Made by a program: the position numbers and the translations under genes
Notes under the pieces: generated by a model
Told to the model about the DNA's origin: nothing
Database searches by the model: none
What the model saw: only the letters and a program-made list of their open reading frames with translations
Virus record (IMG/VR): IMGVR_UViG_3300045988_067813
Coordinates: 1-64,000 of that record
Strand: one strand, 5' to 3'
Source: a virus
Length of the DNA: 64,000 nt
Part shown: in pieces, positions 45,447 to 55,673 of the stretch
How the letters are laid out: each line of letters starts with the position of its first letter
How positions within the stretch are numbered: the first letter of the stretch is position 1

Positions 45447-48400
45447 TAAACATACCTCATCAATTTATCTACACCAAACATACCGTTTAGATATTGAGAT
45501 TTATTATCAATATTTTGACTAATTTTGGCATTATTTGTGTTATATACATTGTTAATTATAGTTGATTTATTCATGGTTTGCAAGGCATTTACACCGTACT
45601 TGTTAAGGTTATTTAGGAAGTTAGTACCTAGACTATCCACAGCCTTTTTACGAAGGACATACTCTCCAGGAGTAAGCATTGCTGGCACTGTGTCAGTACC
45701 TCTGCTCTTCCAACCTACTCCAAGACCTTGTGAATGGTACTCAGGAATAATACCTCCAGTGCTAAATGCAGGAATAAATCCACGTTTTTGTTGTTTAGGC
45801 TTATTATTTCCCCCAGTAAATAACCCACTAATAAAGTCTCTAGCTGAGTTATAAGCATTTACAACTGCATCCCAAATACCTTTTAGAGCTTCTACAAAGC
45901 CATTTTTAGACTCTTCAACTTGATTAGTAGGTACGTTTTGCATAGGAACTTTTGCTTTATCAGACCCTTCTTGTAGTTTCTTGGCAGTAGAATCCATAGT
46001 ACCACTAACATTATTGTAGAGTTCCTGACCATTAGTATCTAGCTTAGAAGTGTCCACAGAAGCAGGGTCATACCCTTTAAGGATTTCTTGAGCCTTCTCT
46101 AAAGGAATAGTACCATCTTTAACAAACTTACCTACAATGTTGTATAGGTCTGTTGCAACTATTGAGTATTTCTCTTGAGGAGCTTCTTGTTGAGTCTCTT
46201 GTGCCACTTTCTCAATAGCATCTTTAAAGCTTGTAGCAGAACCATTTACAATCTTCTCTAGAATCTTGTTCTGTAAGTCCACACTGGTGATTCCCATCTT
46301 AGTAAGAACCTCTCTAGCTTTTTCTTCACTCTTCTTGATAGTACCAACAAAGGCATTCTTATCAGATAGAGTTGTATACAGATTTTCATACTCTTTAGAA
46401 TTAAGGTCTAAACCATTAGAAATGAACTTACCTATCTTAAGATTTACAGTTTTACCAAGCTCTTCTAACTTTTCTCTGAACTCTGCTACTTTATGACTTC
46501 TTTGTTCAGCAGTAACATTATGAGTCATAAGGTTTGTACTATGAAGGTCTTTAAGGTACTTATCTAGTTCCTCACCATTCATAGAACCTAGTTTTTTAGC
46601 AGTATCCTCACTAATAACTCCTCCATGATTCTCAGCTTCTTTCTTAATAGCATCAATCTTAGAAGTATTTTCCTCTTTGGCTGATTTACCTAGAGTAGTA
46701 GAACCGTTTCTAAGGTTAGTTGCTAACTCTTTTAGTTGTTCTAGGGTGTACCCTCTGATACCTTCTATATTTAGTCCAACCTCTTCTAAAGAACTTAAGA
46801 TGGCATTTTTCTGGTCTTCATTATTTGCAAAGTTAGAACCTTCCAATGAAGAAGAAAGCTTAGAATCCAATGCTGAAATATCTCCAAATGTAGGAGTGCT
46901 ATCTTCTTTATAAGACAAGCCTAGTTTAGCTAAATTATCCTTATAAGATTGTAGGTTTCTATTCCTACGAGCTTGTTCTCCTTTGGTAAGTGTGTTCACA
47001 GTTTCAATCACAGTACCTGCTTCATCTTTAAATTCTACAAAAGGTCTACCCAATGCAGAATAAAGCTGTTCAATGGTAGCTAAAAGTTTCTCATCAGATA
47101 ACCCTGTTTGAGACTTAAGGTCAGCCCACTTCACAAGTTTACCATTCAACTCTACAAAGTAATTCTCAATACCTTTAGGAACTGCTTGTGTATTAAGACC
47201 CACAGAACGCTTACCTGTATTCAAGTCACCATTAGATAGAGTTGTAAGTGAATCCACAAAAGCTGATGCTAGTTGGAGACCATTCTCACCATTACCTAAC
47301 TGTGCAAAGAAATTACCTTGAACCTCTGATACTTGCTTACCAAGGTCTTTAATATAAGCTAAAGCTTGTTCTCCTTGCTCTTTCTTGAGTTGTTGAGCTT
47401 CTTTGTCTGCTTCTTTTTGTAGAGCTTGTTGTTCTTTTCTTCTGTTGTAGTTACCCCACAAGCTTGTTCCAAGACCAATAGCTCCTCCAATAATAGCTCC
47501 AGGTACTCCTCCTAACATAGCCCCAGTACCAGCCCAAGTAGCTGTACTTGCCACAGCATCACTAAGGTCTTTCCAACCTTGCCCTACATTTGAGTTTTGA
47601 ATACCTGTGTTTACAGCATCTAGCACTAGGCTTCCTCCAAGAGTAGCCACACCTTTAGCAACAGAAGCTATCTTAGGAATGTATTTACCAAACTTGATGA
47701 ACCCTGCTCCAATAGCTGAAACTCCTGCTGTGAACTTGTTGATTGCTGTAGGTTTAGGGATAGCTGATACAGACTGATTATAAGCAACAACACTGTCTAA
47801 GAAAGCATTCTTAACTCCTTGTTTAAACCCTACACCTTTACCTTTAGGTGCACCTTGTACTGGTGCTCCTGGAACTCCTCCACCAAAGTTACCTCCTAAC
47901 CCTAGTGGATTGATTCTACCATTAGTAGCAGAAGCCATAGCAGTAGCCACAGTAGTTAATGAGGTAATGATACCAGTAGCCCAAGAGACAAACTTAGTAC
48001 CAATATAACCCAATACAATGTACTTACCTACTCCACCAAGTAGAGTGGCAATACCTGATGTTACATTGACTACTAGTGTTAGGAAATCTAGGATTTTCTT
48101 AAGACCACCCTCTACTGAACCACCAATAGCCACAATAGTTTGCTTTATAGCATTGGTTACAGCTTTTACAAAATTCTCCACAGCTTTGAAGAAGGATTTT
48201 GCACTAGAAGATGATAGGGCAGAAATGATACCTTTACCTAATTCTGTTAGAATAGGTTTAAGGTGCTCTATAATACCCACCAGAGCTTCTCTAAGGCTGT
48301 CTACAGCTCTATTAAATGCTCCTTGGTCAAATGTACTGATTCCAGTTATAATGTCTCCTAGAGCCTTTAGAGCTGTTTTAAGCACAATAGCAAAATTACT

Positions 48401-50236
48401 AATTAGATTAGTCTTAGTTGCTACAGTATCCACAAAGGTAATAACTGATTTGGCTAGTGTACTGATTCCCTCAAATACACCTTTTATATCTTGAGGATTG
48501 ATTGACTTAACAATATTATTAAGGGTTTTAGAAAGCTCATCATAGATAGATACTACTTGTTTTACAGCTTCTGATTTAACAGCTAACTTAGCCAAGTTAT
48601 TGTATACATCTACATACTGTGAAAGTACCTTGAGAACTTGTGCATTGATAGCCTGTGTTGTTAATTTAGAGATACTGCTCAAGAAATCTGATGCACTATG
48701 AACAATGTCTTTAGTGAACTTACCAAACTCTGTACCTGAATTTTTCAACACAGTGAGCATGTCTTTTGTGATATTGAAGAATCTGTTACCTACGTCAAGA
48801 CCTTTTACACCTTCTTTAAAGTCACTAGCAAACTTCTCAATACCTTTAAGGATTTGGCTTCCAAAGGCTAACTTCCAAGCTGAACCAAATTGGTTTACTT
48901 GTTGGATTGTTCCTCCAATAGCATCACCAAGTTTAGTAACATATACTTTAAATTTATCTGTACCTACAATTTCTGTGATACCTTTAATAAAGTCACGAGT
49001 AGCAACGTATACTTGGTTTAGTGCTCCTGGTTTAGCATTACCCTCTTCATCAATCTCATCAAATACAAGAAGGTTAGATAGGGTTTCCTTAAAGTTAGCA
49101 ATAGCTTGTCTAGGAGTAACAATAGAGGTAACTAGGTTTTGAAATATATCTTGATTCCCTAGTTTGTTTACTGCATCTAGATATTCATTGGCTGTAATCA
49201 ACTTCTTACGAGTTGCATCAGTGATAGAATCCTCACCTTTAGACTTGGCAATCTTAAGAAGCTCCTCATTCAATTTAGAAGCTCCTAGAGCTGATAGACG
49301 TTCACGAATGAAACGGTAGTCACCTTGGTTTAGATAACCATTGGCAAGCATTTGAGAGGTCTGTGTGGTAACTGTTTTCATACCTTGAACTGGGTTCTTA
49401 GTCTGAGCTAGTAAACCTGCATAACCTCTAACAATATCCTCAGCATCTTTACGTCCATAGGCAGTATAAGTAGAAGCTTGTTCTAAGAGGTCAGTAGCAT
49501 CAAACACAGAAGCCTTACCATAGTCACCCAGACGTTTAATGGATTTATTTGTCTCTTTCTCACTAAACCCTAGAGCTTCCATGTTGATTCTATAAACCTG
49601 TATGGCATCACCAAGGTTATTGGCTTCATCTTTAAGCTGACCAACACCACTCTTCACAGCACCTAGTGTACCTTGAATAGCATTACCTAAAGCACCAGTT
49701 ACCTTGTTCCCTACTAAGCCCATGATATTGTTCTGAATACCCATCACAGTAGAGTTAACCTTATTAAACACAGAGAGTAGCCCTTTTGCTGGGTTTACTG
49801 CTCCTAGCTTAATCATTTGTGATGACAATCCCATTGTAGAGGTTGTAACATCTTGAACAGCTTTATGAAGGTTTCTCCATGATTGGTAGTCTTGGTCACG
49901 GACTTTTACATATTCAGCTACTTTCTCTTTAGGTCTAGTTACTTGGGTTTTATCAACAGAGATTACACTAGAATCTGTAGTCTTTCCCTTTGTACTTCTA
50001 ACATTGATTGGGATATTCTCAATTTGTTTTTTAAGGGATAGAAAGTCTCTAAGAGCTTTATCTGTATTAAGATTCAAGTTAACATTAAAAGAGAGCGGAG
50101 AAGTATTCTTTCCGCCCATCTTTTTTAGTTTCTTCTCAAAGTCTAACACAGAATCCCTAAGAGCTGACACAGACTTCTGGGCTTTTTCAATTTCCTTTAA
50201 ACCTGTAATATCAACCTTAATGGTTCTAATTGTCAT
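45446..50236 (-). CDS. Tape measure protein (1596 aa)
   Basis: Largest ORF in the window. Helical/coiled-coil composition, with a Gly-rich hydrophobic core (GGVPGAIIGGAIGLGTSLWGN). Confidence 0.9.
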   Translation of the reverse strand: MTIRTIKVDITGLKEIEKAQKSVSALRDSVLDFEKKLKKMGGKNTSPLSFNVNLNLNTDKALRDFLSLKKQIENIPINVRSTKGKTTDSSVISVDKTQVTRPKEKVAEYVKVRDQDYQSWRNLHKAVQDVTTSTMGLSSQMIKLGAVNPAKGLLSVFNKVNSTVMGIQNNIMGLVGNKVTGALGNAIQGTLGAVKSGVGQLKDEANNLGDAIQVYRINMEALGFSEKETNKSIKRLGDYGKASVFDATDLLEQASTYTAYGRKDAEDIVRGYAGLLAQTKNPVQGMKTVTTQTSQMLANGYLNQGDYRFIRERLSALGASKLNEELLKIAKSKGEDSITDATRKKLITANEYLDAVNKLGNQDIFQNLVTSIVTPRQAIANFKETLSNLLVFDEIDEEGNAKPGALNQVYVATRDFIKGITEIVGTDKFKVYVTKLGDAIGGTIQQVNQFGSAWKLAFGSQILKGIEKFASDFKEGVKGLDVGNRFFNITKDMLTVLKNSGTEFGKFTKDIVHSASDFLSSISKLTTQAINAQVLKVLSQYVDVYNNLAKLAVKSEAVKQVVSIYDELSKTLNNIVKSINPQDIKGVFEGISTLAKSVITFVDTVATKTNLISNFAIVLKTALKALGDIITGISTFDQGAFNRAVDSLREALVGIIEHLKPILTELGKGIISALSSSSAKSFFKAVENFVKAVTNAIKQTIVAIGGSVEGGLKKILDFLTLVVNVTSGIATLLGGVGKYIVLGYIGTKFVSWATGIITSLTTVATAMASATNGRINPLGLGGNFGGGVPGAPVQGAPKGKGVGFKQGVKNAFLDSVVAYNQSVSAIPKPTAINKFTAGVSAIGAGFIKFGKYIPKIASVAKGVATLGGSLVLDAVNTGIQNSNVGQGWKDLSDAVASTATWAGTGAMLGGVPGAIIGGAIGLGTSLWGNYNRRKEQQALQKEADKEAQQLKKEQGEQALAYIKDLGKQVSEVQGNFFAQLGNGENGLQLASAFVDSLTTLSNGDLNTGKRSVGLNTQAVPKGIENYFVELNGKLVKWADLKSQTGLSDEKLLATIEQLYSALGRPFVEFKDEAGTVIETVNTLTKGEQARRNRNLQSYKDNLAKLGLSYKEDSTPTFGDISALDSKLSSSLEGSNFANNEDQKNAILSSLEEVGLNIEGIRGYTLEQLKELATNLRNGSTTLGKSAKEENTSKIDAIKKEAENHGGVISEDTAKKLGSMNGEELDKYLKDLHSTNLMTHNVTAEQRSHKVAEFREKLEELGKTVNLKIGKFISNGLDLNSKEYENLYTTLSDKNAFVGTIKKSEEKAREVLTKMGITSVDLQNKILEKIVNGSATSFKDAIEKVAQETQQEAPQEKYSIVATDLYNIVGKFVKDGTIPLEKAQEILKGYDPASVDTSKLDTNGQELYNNVSGTMDSTAKKLQEGSDKAKVPMQNVPTNQVEESKNGFVEALKGIWDAVVNAYNSARDFISGLFTGGNNKPKQQKRGFIPAFSTGGIIPEYHSQGLGVGWKSRGTDTVPAMLTPGEYVLRKKAVDSLGTNFLNNLNKYGVNALQTMNKSTIINNVYNTNNAKISQNIDNKSQYLNGMFGVDKLMRYV

Positions 50237-50251
50237 ACTTTTCTCCTATGG

Positions 50252-51607
50252 TTACGCTACGTCCTCAACGTTTCTACGGATTTCATAGAAGTTACCATTT
50301 TCATCACGAGACACAGTAAATGTAAGTGACAAGGTAATTTCACCTTCCGTACCAAACTCACGAGAGTTTTCAGTAATAAGGACATTGTTGAATACATAGT
50401 ATTCTTTAATTCCACGAGTGTTTTCAACTTCTTGAATAACACGGAAGTGAGTGTTACGGAGACGTTTGTCATTAGCAACAATCAATTCTACATCACGTTC
50501 ACCATTGTAAGTAACCAACAATTTCTCACCAATGTACATTGGGTTTACTAGCACAGTACCACGGTCATATCCATGATATTGTTGTGTCATAGCAATGAAC
50601 TCATCATCTTCAAGCTCAATACCTGGAGACATTGGCATACTAGACAAGTAAGTACATGCACAACGGTCTGATGAAACTGTGATTGTGTTACAATCTTCGT
50701 AGTAAAGGTCAGGAATCAACAATGAGCCATAACGTTTACCATCTACAGTGATTTCTTCAACAGTGAAGCTATCTGTCACAGGAACACCACTGGTCATTTT
50801 CTTAGACATAGATTGAAGTGGGTTCAACCAGTAGTCATTACATGAAGTAGTAGTTGCTGTAATTTCTTTAGTAATCTCAACTTGAGCTTTATCATATTGA
50901 CGACCAAAGCAACGAGCATCAGTGGCAGGCACAGAGACGTTATGTGTGAATGAAGTCAAACATGAAAGCAATACATTAGAGAACTTACGAAGCTCAGAAC
51001 GGTCATTCACAATAGCTGGTGAAGAGAATCCAATGTGACCTGTAAGAGCATCATCTCCCTTATAAGTTACCTCATAAGTTACAACAACACCGTGGTCAGT
51101 AGGTTTCCAACCTGTACCTGTCTGAGTCATTACTCTTGAATCTGCAAAGTCCACAGTACGAAGAACGTAACCTGGAGCTGATGTATTGAATGTGTAAGTG
51201 TACACATAAGAGTTTGTTTGAGCTACATCTTTAAAGTCAGATACAATAGCTTTAAACTCATATTTACCAGCTTTTGGTAATTTCAAGTATACCATGTTGA
51301 ACCCTAGAGCAAAGTCATCAGCATCAGAACGAACTTGGAACTTAGCAGAAGCCTTCTTATCAGCAGGGTTTACATACAAAGTACCAGTGTTCAAACACTT
51401 AATAGGGTTACAGTTGATTTGGTCTTCTGGCACATCTTTACGGACATAGCTCACAAGAGTTCCTGCTGGAATCTGAATTTGTTTGCTTGTTTTCCAACGT
51501 ACACAAGGACGAATCTCTTCTGTGATAGATACAATGATTTTAGCATCTTTATCTTGTGTGTTGTAACCGTACATAGGGTGTGACATATCTACAAAACAGT
51601 TAGACAT
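50252..51607 (-). CDS. Candidate large tail tube protein (451 aa)
   Basis: Directly upstream of the TMP. Beta-rich composition. No sequence motif recognised. Confidence 0.4.
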   Translation of the reverse strand: MSNCFVDMSHPMYGYNTQDKDAKIIVSITEEIRPCVRWKTSKQIQIPAGTLVSYVRKDVPEDQINCNPIKCLNTGTLYVNPADKKASAKFQVRSDADDFALGFNMVYLKLPKAGKYEFKAIVSDFKDVAQTNSYVYTYTFNTSAPGYVLRTVDFADSRVMTQTGTGWKPTDHGVVVTYEVTYKGDDALTGHIGFSSPAIVNDRSELRKFSNVLLSCLTSFTHNVSVPATDARCFGRQYDKAQVEITKEITATTTSCNDYWLNPLQSMSKKMTSGVPVTDSFTVEEITVDGKRYGSLLIPDLYYEDCNTITVSSDRCACTYLSSMPMSPGIELEDDEFIAMTQQYHGYDRGTVLVNPMYIGEKLLVTYNGERDVELIVANDKRLRNTHFRVIQEVENTRGIKEYYVFNNVLITENSREFGTEGEITLSLTFTVSRDENGNFYEIRRNVEDVA

Positions 51608-51832
51608 CTATTTCTCCTTTTTGTCTTGGTTTACATTTGGTTTTACAGGAGCAGTTTCTTCCTTAACTACAGGCTTAACTGTTTCCTGAACTTGCTTTTT
51701 TGAGCTTTCATCTACCATGTGTTCTCTCACACGAGCAATAGCTTGAAGCTCTAATTTTCCACCATGACGGTTAGCAATCTCATTACGAGACATAAAGAAC
51801 TCATCAAGGTTTAATGGTTGTTCTACAGCCAT
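51608..51832 (-). CDS. Small lysine/glutamate-rich protein (74 aa)
   Basis: ORF whose 3' end supplies the SD AAGGAG for the next gene. Confidence 0.55.
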   Translation of the reverse strand: MAVEQPLNLDEFFMSRNEIANRHGGKLELQAIARVREHMVDESSKKQVQETVKPVVKEETAPVKPNVNQDKKEK

Positions 51833-51842
51833 CTCTTTCTCC

Positions 51843-52415
51843 TTATAAACATGTGAATATTGAGAGCGTTGCAGGGAATGAGAACATTTCTACCTCATCT
51901 ACTAACTCATTAGAGAAGTCCTCTGGACAACCAATGTCTTGAACTTGCACACGGATTGGTAAGTACCAACCATCTAATGAAGCTACATCTTGAGCGAATG
52001 TCTTTCTCTGAATACCTCTCGGTGTTTTAACTTGGTGAACCAACATATTCTTAAGTTGGCAATGTACTTCTTCTCTATACTCTAGTTTACCCTCTGGGGT
52101 GTTCTCAATACAAACCTTACCAGTAGGAGGTGTAACTGGAGAGTAGTACACAGAGAAGTTTACATATACCTTAGAGAAACACTTAGCACTATTATCACAA
52201 GTAATATCAATGGCTAGGAATGGGAACTCCACACCTTGATTTAGTTGGAAATGCTCAGACGTTCCTACATGTTGGTTAAATTGTACGTCAAAGTTATCAT
52301 AACGTTTTCTTGGGTCTAGCTCATCTATATGGTCTGGTTGAATGAAGTAGTCAAGCACATCAGCACCATACATTTGTAGCCATTTTTTAATGTTGATATA
52401 CACAGCACTAATCAT
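51843..52415 (-). CDS. Neck/tail-completion protein (190 aa)
   Basis: Assigned by synteny between the HK97 gp10-like protein and the tail genes. Confidence 0.45.
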   Translation of the reverse strand: MISAVYINIKKWLQMYGADVLDYFIQPDHIDELDPRKRYDNFDVQFNQHVGTSEHFQLNQGVEFPFLAIDITCDNSAKCFSKVYVNFSVYYSPVTPPTGKVCIENTPEGKLEYREEVHCQLKNMLVHQVKTPRGIQRKTFAQDVASLDGWYLPIRVQVQDIGCPEDFSNELVDEVEMFSFPATLSIFTCL

Positions 52416-52894
52416 TTAGCTAATCTCCCTGGTATCTTAACTGTGCCCTTACTTCCCTGTGCATACAGATAATTTCTTCCTGGAGCTGTGTCCTTAGAAG
52501 TGTAATGAGCTGTTCCTGAACCTCTTCTCCCTGATGGTCTTTGAGCTTTATATATACCATAGAATCCACTAGTTGAGTCCACAAGGTTATCACTATCACC
52601 TACAGTATCAAAAGCTGTAAAGATAAAAGGGAAAGCAGGGTTGTACTTGTAACCCTTAAACATATAAGTATTTACATAGTACCGTTCTTTTCCTCTCTTA
52701 GTTGGAGGATAATCATTTCTATCAGCATACACAGAGAAGCCATCACCAATCTTCTTCATCTTGATTGAACGAACCATACGACCTGTTCTCACAGAGCCTA
52801 TAGCCTTGGCTTCTAGCATACCTGTCACAGTAAAGTCTACAAACTCTTTTGCAAACTCTATCCCTTTCCAGTCATGAATATCAATCGTGGTCAC
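52412..52894 (-). CDS. HK97 gp10-like head-tail joining protein
   Basis: EAKAIGSVRTGRMVRSIKMKKIG matches the T-G-x-L/M-R-x-S-I signature. Confidence 0.6.
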   Translation of the reverse strand: MTTIDIHDWKGIEFAKEFVDFTVTGMLEAKAIGSVRTGRMVRSIKMKKIGDGFSVYADRNDYPPTKRGKERYYVNTYMFKGYKYNPAFPFIFTAFDTVGDSDNLVDSTSGFYGIYKAQRPSGRRGSGTAHYTSKDTAPGRNYLYAQGSKGTVKIPGRLAK

Positions 52895-53381
52895 GAGTAA
52901 TCACCCCCTGTAGTTGTTTTACATAAGGTTTACACTCTAAGAGTAGCTGTTCACTTTCACGTCCAGCAAGTCTCTCACCAGTTAATTTCACATCCCAGCA
53001 ACCAGGAAGAATCTCATACGTTCTACTAGCTACCACTTTCCAAAATAGATAACCAGCATCTTCTGGGCAACTAAATCTGTTACACCTTGTAGAAATTCTC
53101 TGTAATATGTAATACCCATGCTTAATGTCAAAGTCACAAGCATGAGATTGATTATGTAATGAAAAATAAAATGTTTCTAGCTGTCTTGAAGTCTCTAAGC
53201 CATGCGTTGTTGTAGCATCACTCTCAGCACCTCTTGACGTTGGCATGTGGTCTACACACTTTAAATGCTCCACTTCTTCCCATAAACACTTCATTACTTG
53301 CCTACTATTCTCATCATAAGTGGGAGTAGCAGTACCTTGTCTTAACACAAGGATTTCCTTATTATTCCAAGGGAGAGCCAT
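52881..53381 (-). CDS. Head-tail connector candidate (166 aa)
   Basis: Assigned by synteny. SD TAAGGAGG. Confidence 0.45.
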   Translation of the reverse strand: MALPWNNKEILVLRQGTATPTYDENSRQVMKCLWEEVEHLKCVDHMPTSRGAESDATTTHGLETSRQLETFYFSLHNQSHACDFDIKHGYYILQRISTRCNRFSCPEDAGYLFWKVVASRTYEILPGCWDVKLTGERLAGRESEQLLLECKPYVKQLQGVITRDHD

Positions 53382-53391
53382 GATAACCTCC

Positions 53392-53694
53392 TTATAGGGT
53401 CATCTCATTGTCCGTATTGGTATATGTACTCTCCATGTTATCTGGAACTTCCTCAAATTGGTTGCGAATATTTCCATCTTTGTCTGTGTATTTTAGGTTT
53501 TTCAAATACTTACCTAGAATATCGTCTACTGGATATACCTTATCTTTTTCAAAGATATAAAGACGACCACTATAATAAGTACGATACACAGTCTTATAAG
53601 TCTCCACACCATTGATTGAACGTCCAGTACCACACTTTGAACAGCCATAAGAGCGTGACTCTCTAGCATATTCACCATTATATCTTACTAACAT
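53392..53694 (-). CDS. Small neck-region protein (100 aa)
   Basis: ORF with a GCSKCGTG knuckle, overlap-coupled to the upstream gene. Confidence 0.5.
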   Translation of the reverse strand: MLVRYNGEYARESRSYGCSKCGTGRSINGVETYKTVYRTYYSGRLYIFEKDKVYPVDDILGKYLKNLKYTDKDGNIRNQFEEVPDNMESTYTNTDNEMTL

Positions 53695-54473
53695 TCTTTC
53701 CTTCTTCCAATGGTCAAATACATATTATCTGTGTAAACCCTCTTACACAGTGATAGTGAACTTAACGTTTGTAATGCCCATGTATTTATGAGCTTCACAT
53801 AATACCTATCAATACTTGTTTGGTCTACCGTCCATTCTCGTACAATATAGTCTACTGATTTCTGCTTAAGCACAGCTCCTACAGCCAATCTATCCATATT
53901 AGCACACTCATCTAAAGTACCACAGTCATTCTGATAGGCAATAAAGATATTTAGGAAGTGACACATTGCATCATACACACAATCAGGTAGAGTTTCAGAG
54001 GTATACCCAGCTTCATAGTCAAGCACAAGTTTATACTCAGCTTCACACGAACAAGGGTCACAGCATTTACAGCAAGGACTTAGCTCATCAGTTACATTCA
54101 CAAGGATTGTACCATCTACAAAAGACCAATTCCATTTATCTGTATCTAGCTCATACTCTTCACGCTCAAGACCTTTTCTCTTGTGCATATACACCTTAAG
54201 TGTGGTAGGGTCAAAACCTTTCCAATAGTAAGGCTTAACCTCCACCATAGCATCACACCCACAGAGGTGAAAACTCGTGAGTGGAATTACTTCATGTCTT
54301 AAGGCTCTTAGTATTGTCGAACATTCACCATCAGTCCAACAGAGCAATCTAGCAAGGACACGGAGAAAGCTCTCCATGTACCTTTGCATAGTTGCACCAT
54401 CATCACAGTCAAAACAACCACAACGTTCTTGAAGATTTTGAGTAATCTTGATTAGTTCAAGAGCTGGTTGCAT
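53688..54473 (-). CDS. Very Cys-rich head-associated protein (261 aa)
   Basis: Immediately after the MCP, with SD TAAGGAG. I counted 19 Cys, including RCGCFDCDD and SPCCKCCDPCSCE. Confidence 0.6.
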   Translation of the reverse strand: MQPALELIKITQNLQERCGCFDCDDGATMQRYMESFLRVLARLLCWTDGECSTILRALRHEVIPLTSFHLCGCDAMVEVKPYYWKGFDPTTLKVYMHKRKGLEREEYELDTDKWNWSFVDGTILVNVTDELSPCCKCCDPCSCEAEYKLVLDYEAGYTSETLPDCVYDAMCHFLNIFIAYQNDCGTLDECANMDRLAVGAVLKQKSVDYIVREWTVDQTSIDRYYVKLINTWALQTLSSLSLCKRVYTDNMYLTIGRRKEC

Positions 54474-54484
54474 AACTTATCTCC

Positions 54485-55672
54485 TTATTTAGCAGGGATT
54501 GTAGCCATTGGGAATGGGTTAAGACCTGTAAGAAGACCTTGGATACGTTCAAATACCACAGCAGGGCAAGTTTGCTCAAGAGGAATGTTTGCCACAAGAA
54601 GGTGAGAGATATGTGAGTTAGTGTGTACCAAACCGAAGTTTTCATACTTGTCACAGATTACTTCACACCCTGGTTTTGAAACATCTTCTGTACGAACTGT
54701 GTGGATTGAAGATTGAGGTACGAACAAGTCGTATTGAGTCAATGCTTCTACACGAGCCAAGTCAATTACATAGGCTTCACCAGTCATTGTTTGTTCAAGG
54801 TCATAAGGCAAGTGGTAAGATACACCGAATGGGATACCCTTGAATGAGATAGACTCACCATTCACAGACCAACCTTGAGGTAATTTACCATCTTTACCAG
54901 GTACAATTTCAGCTTTGATTCCACGAAGAGTTAGTGGGTGTACATAGATTTTGTAACGAGCTGATTGGTTATCCAATACATCTAGGTAGCAAGCTACTTG
55001 ACGGAAAGCACCAATAACTGAACCAGAAGCATCAATAGGAGTTACCCCTGGGTGAGACATCATTTCAGCCACACCAGCAAAAGGACGTAGACCTTGACCA
55101 CTAAAGTTCAACATACCTTGAACGATATGACGTTGAACGATAAAGGCGAATGTGTACCATGCCATGAACTGTTCTGCTTCTTCATAAGACATACCCAAAC
55201 GTTGGAAGATATTGATAAGGTCTCCTTGTTTGAAGTGCATCTTGTCTTTCATCAAGCGGTCAAGACGAGTTTCACAGTCTTTAAAACATAGGTAACGTAC
55301 AGGAGTAGCATCACCAGTAGCTTGCATAGTGAATTTCTCAGTAAAACAGCAGGCATCAGAATTGTCATTAGCAAAGTCTGGAGCTTTTGTTCCCCAAGTA
55401 ATTCCCTCGATAACCCAGTCACCGTTCTTAGCTTGTCTCAAAGCACCAAAACTTGATTGCTCAAAACGCTTAAGAATGTCGTTAACTAGTTCATCACCCA
55501 TACCAACTTCTCTTAGTGAGGGTACTGCTTTAGACCAGTCACGAGAGATACCGAATGGGATTTTACCATCTTCATTAGTGAAGTTTTCTTTAGTTGCTAG
55601 TTGGGCTTTAGTACGCTCATACAAGTTGTCAATAGCTTCACCCAACAAAATATCAAAATTAGTTGTACTCAC
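54485..55672 (-). CDS. Major capsid protein (HK97-fold candidate); GTG start
   Basis: GTG 55672 follows a perfect SD GGAGGA at 7 nt, one nt after the upstream stop. About 395 aa, positioned after the protease/scaffold. Confidence 0.7.
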   Translation of the reverse strand: MSTTNFDILLGEAIDNLYERTKAQLATKENFTNEDGKIPFGISRDWSKAVPSLREVGMGDELVNDILKRFEQSSFGALRQAKNGDWVIEGITWGTKAPDFANDNSDACCFTEKFTMQATGDATPVRYLCFKDCETRLDRLMKDKMHFKQGDLINIFQRLGMSYEEAEQFMAWYTFAFIVQRHIVQGMLNFSGQGLRPFAGVAEMMSHPGVTPIDASGSVIGAFRQVACYLDVLDNQSARYKIYVHPLTLRGIKAEIVPGKDGKLPQGWSVNGESISFKGIPFGVSYHLPYDLEQTMTGEAYVIDLARVEALTQYDLFVPQSSIHTVRTEDVSKPGCEVICDKYENFGLVHTNSHISHLLVANIPLEQTCPAVVFERIQGLLTGLNPFPMATIPAK

Positions 55673-55673
55673 T

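Noticed and set aside
45525-50288. Antisense ORFs within the tape measure gene (45525-45854, 46266-46496, 46677-46913, 48018-48494, 48705-49142, 50004-50288)
   Set aside because: They are typical antisense shadows of a long Ala/Gly/Lys-rich gene. They have no ribosome-binding sites and no independent evidence.
50252-51832. -1 programmed frameshift tail chaperone upstream of the TMP
   Set aside because: I looked for an overlapping shifted ORF of appropriate length and found none convincing by eye. A computational heptamer scan is still advisable.
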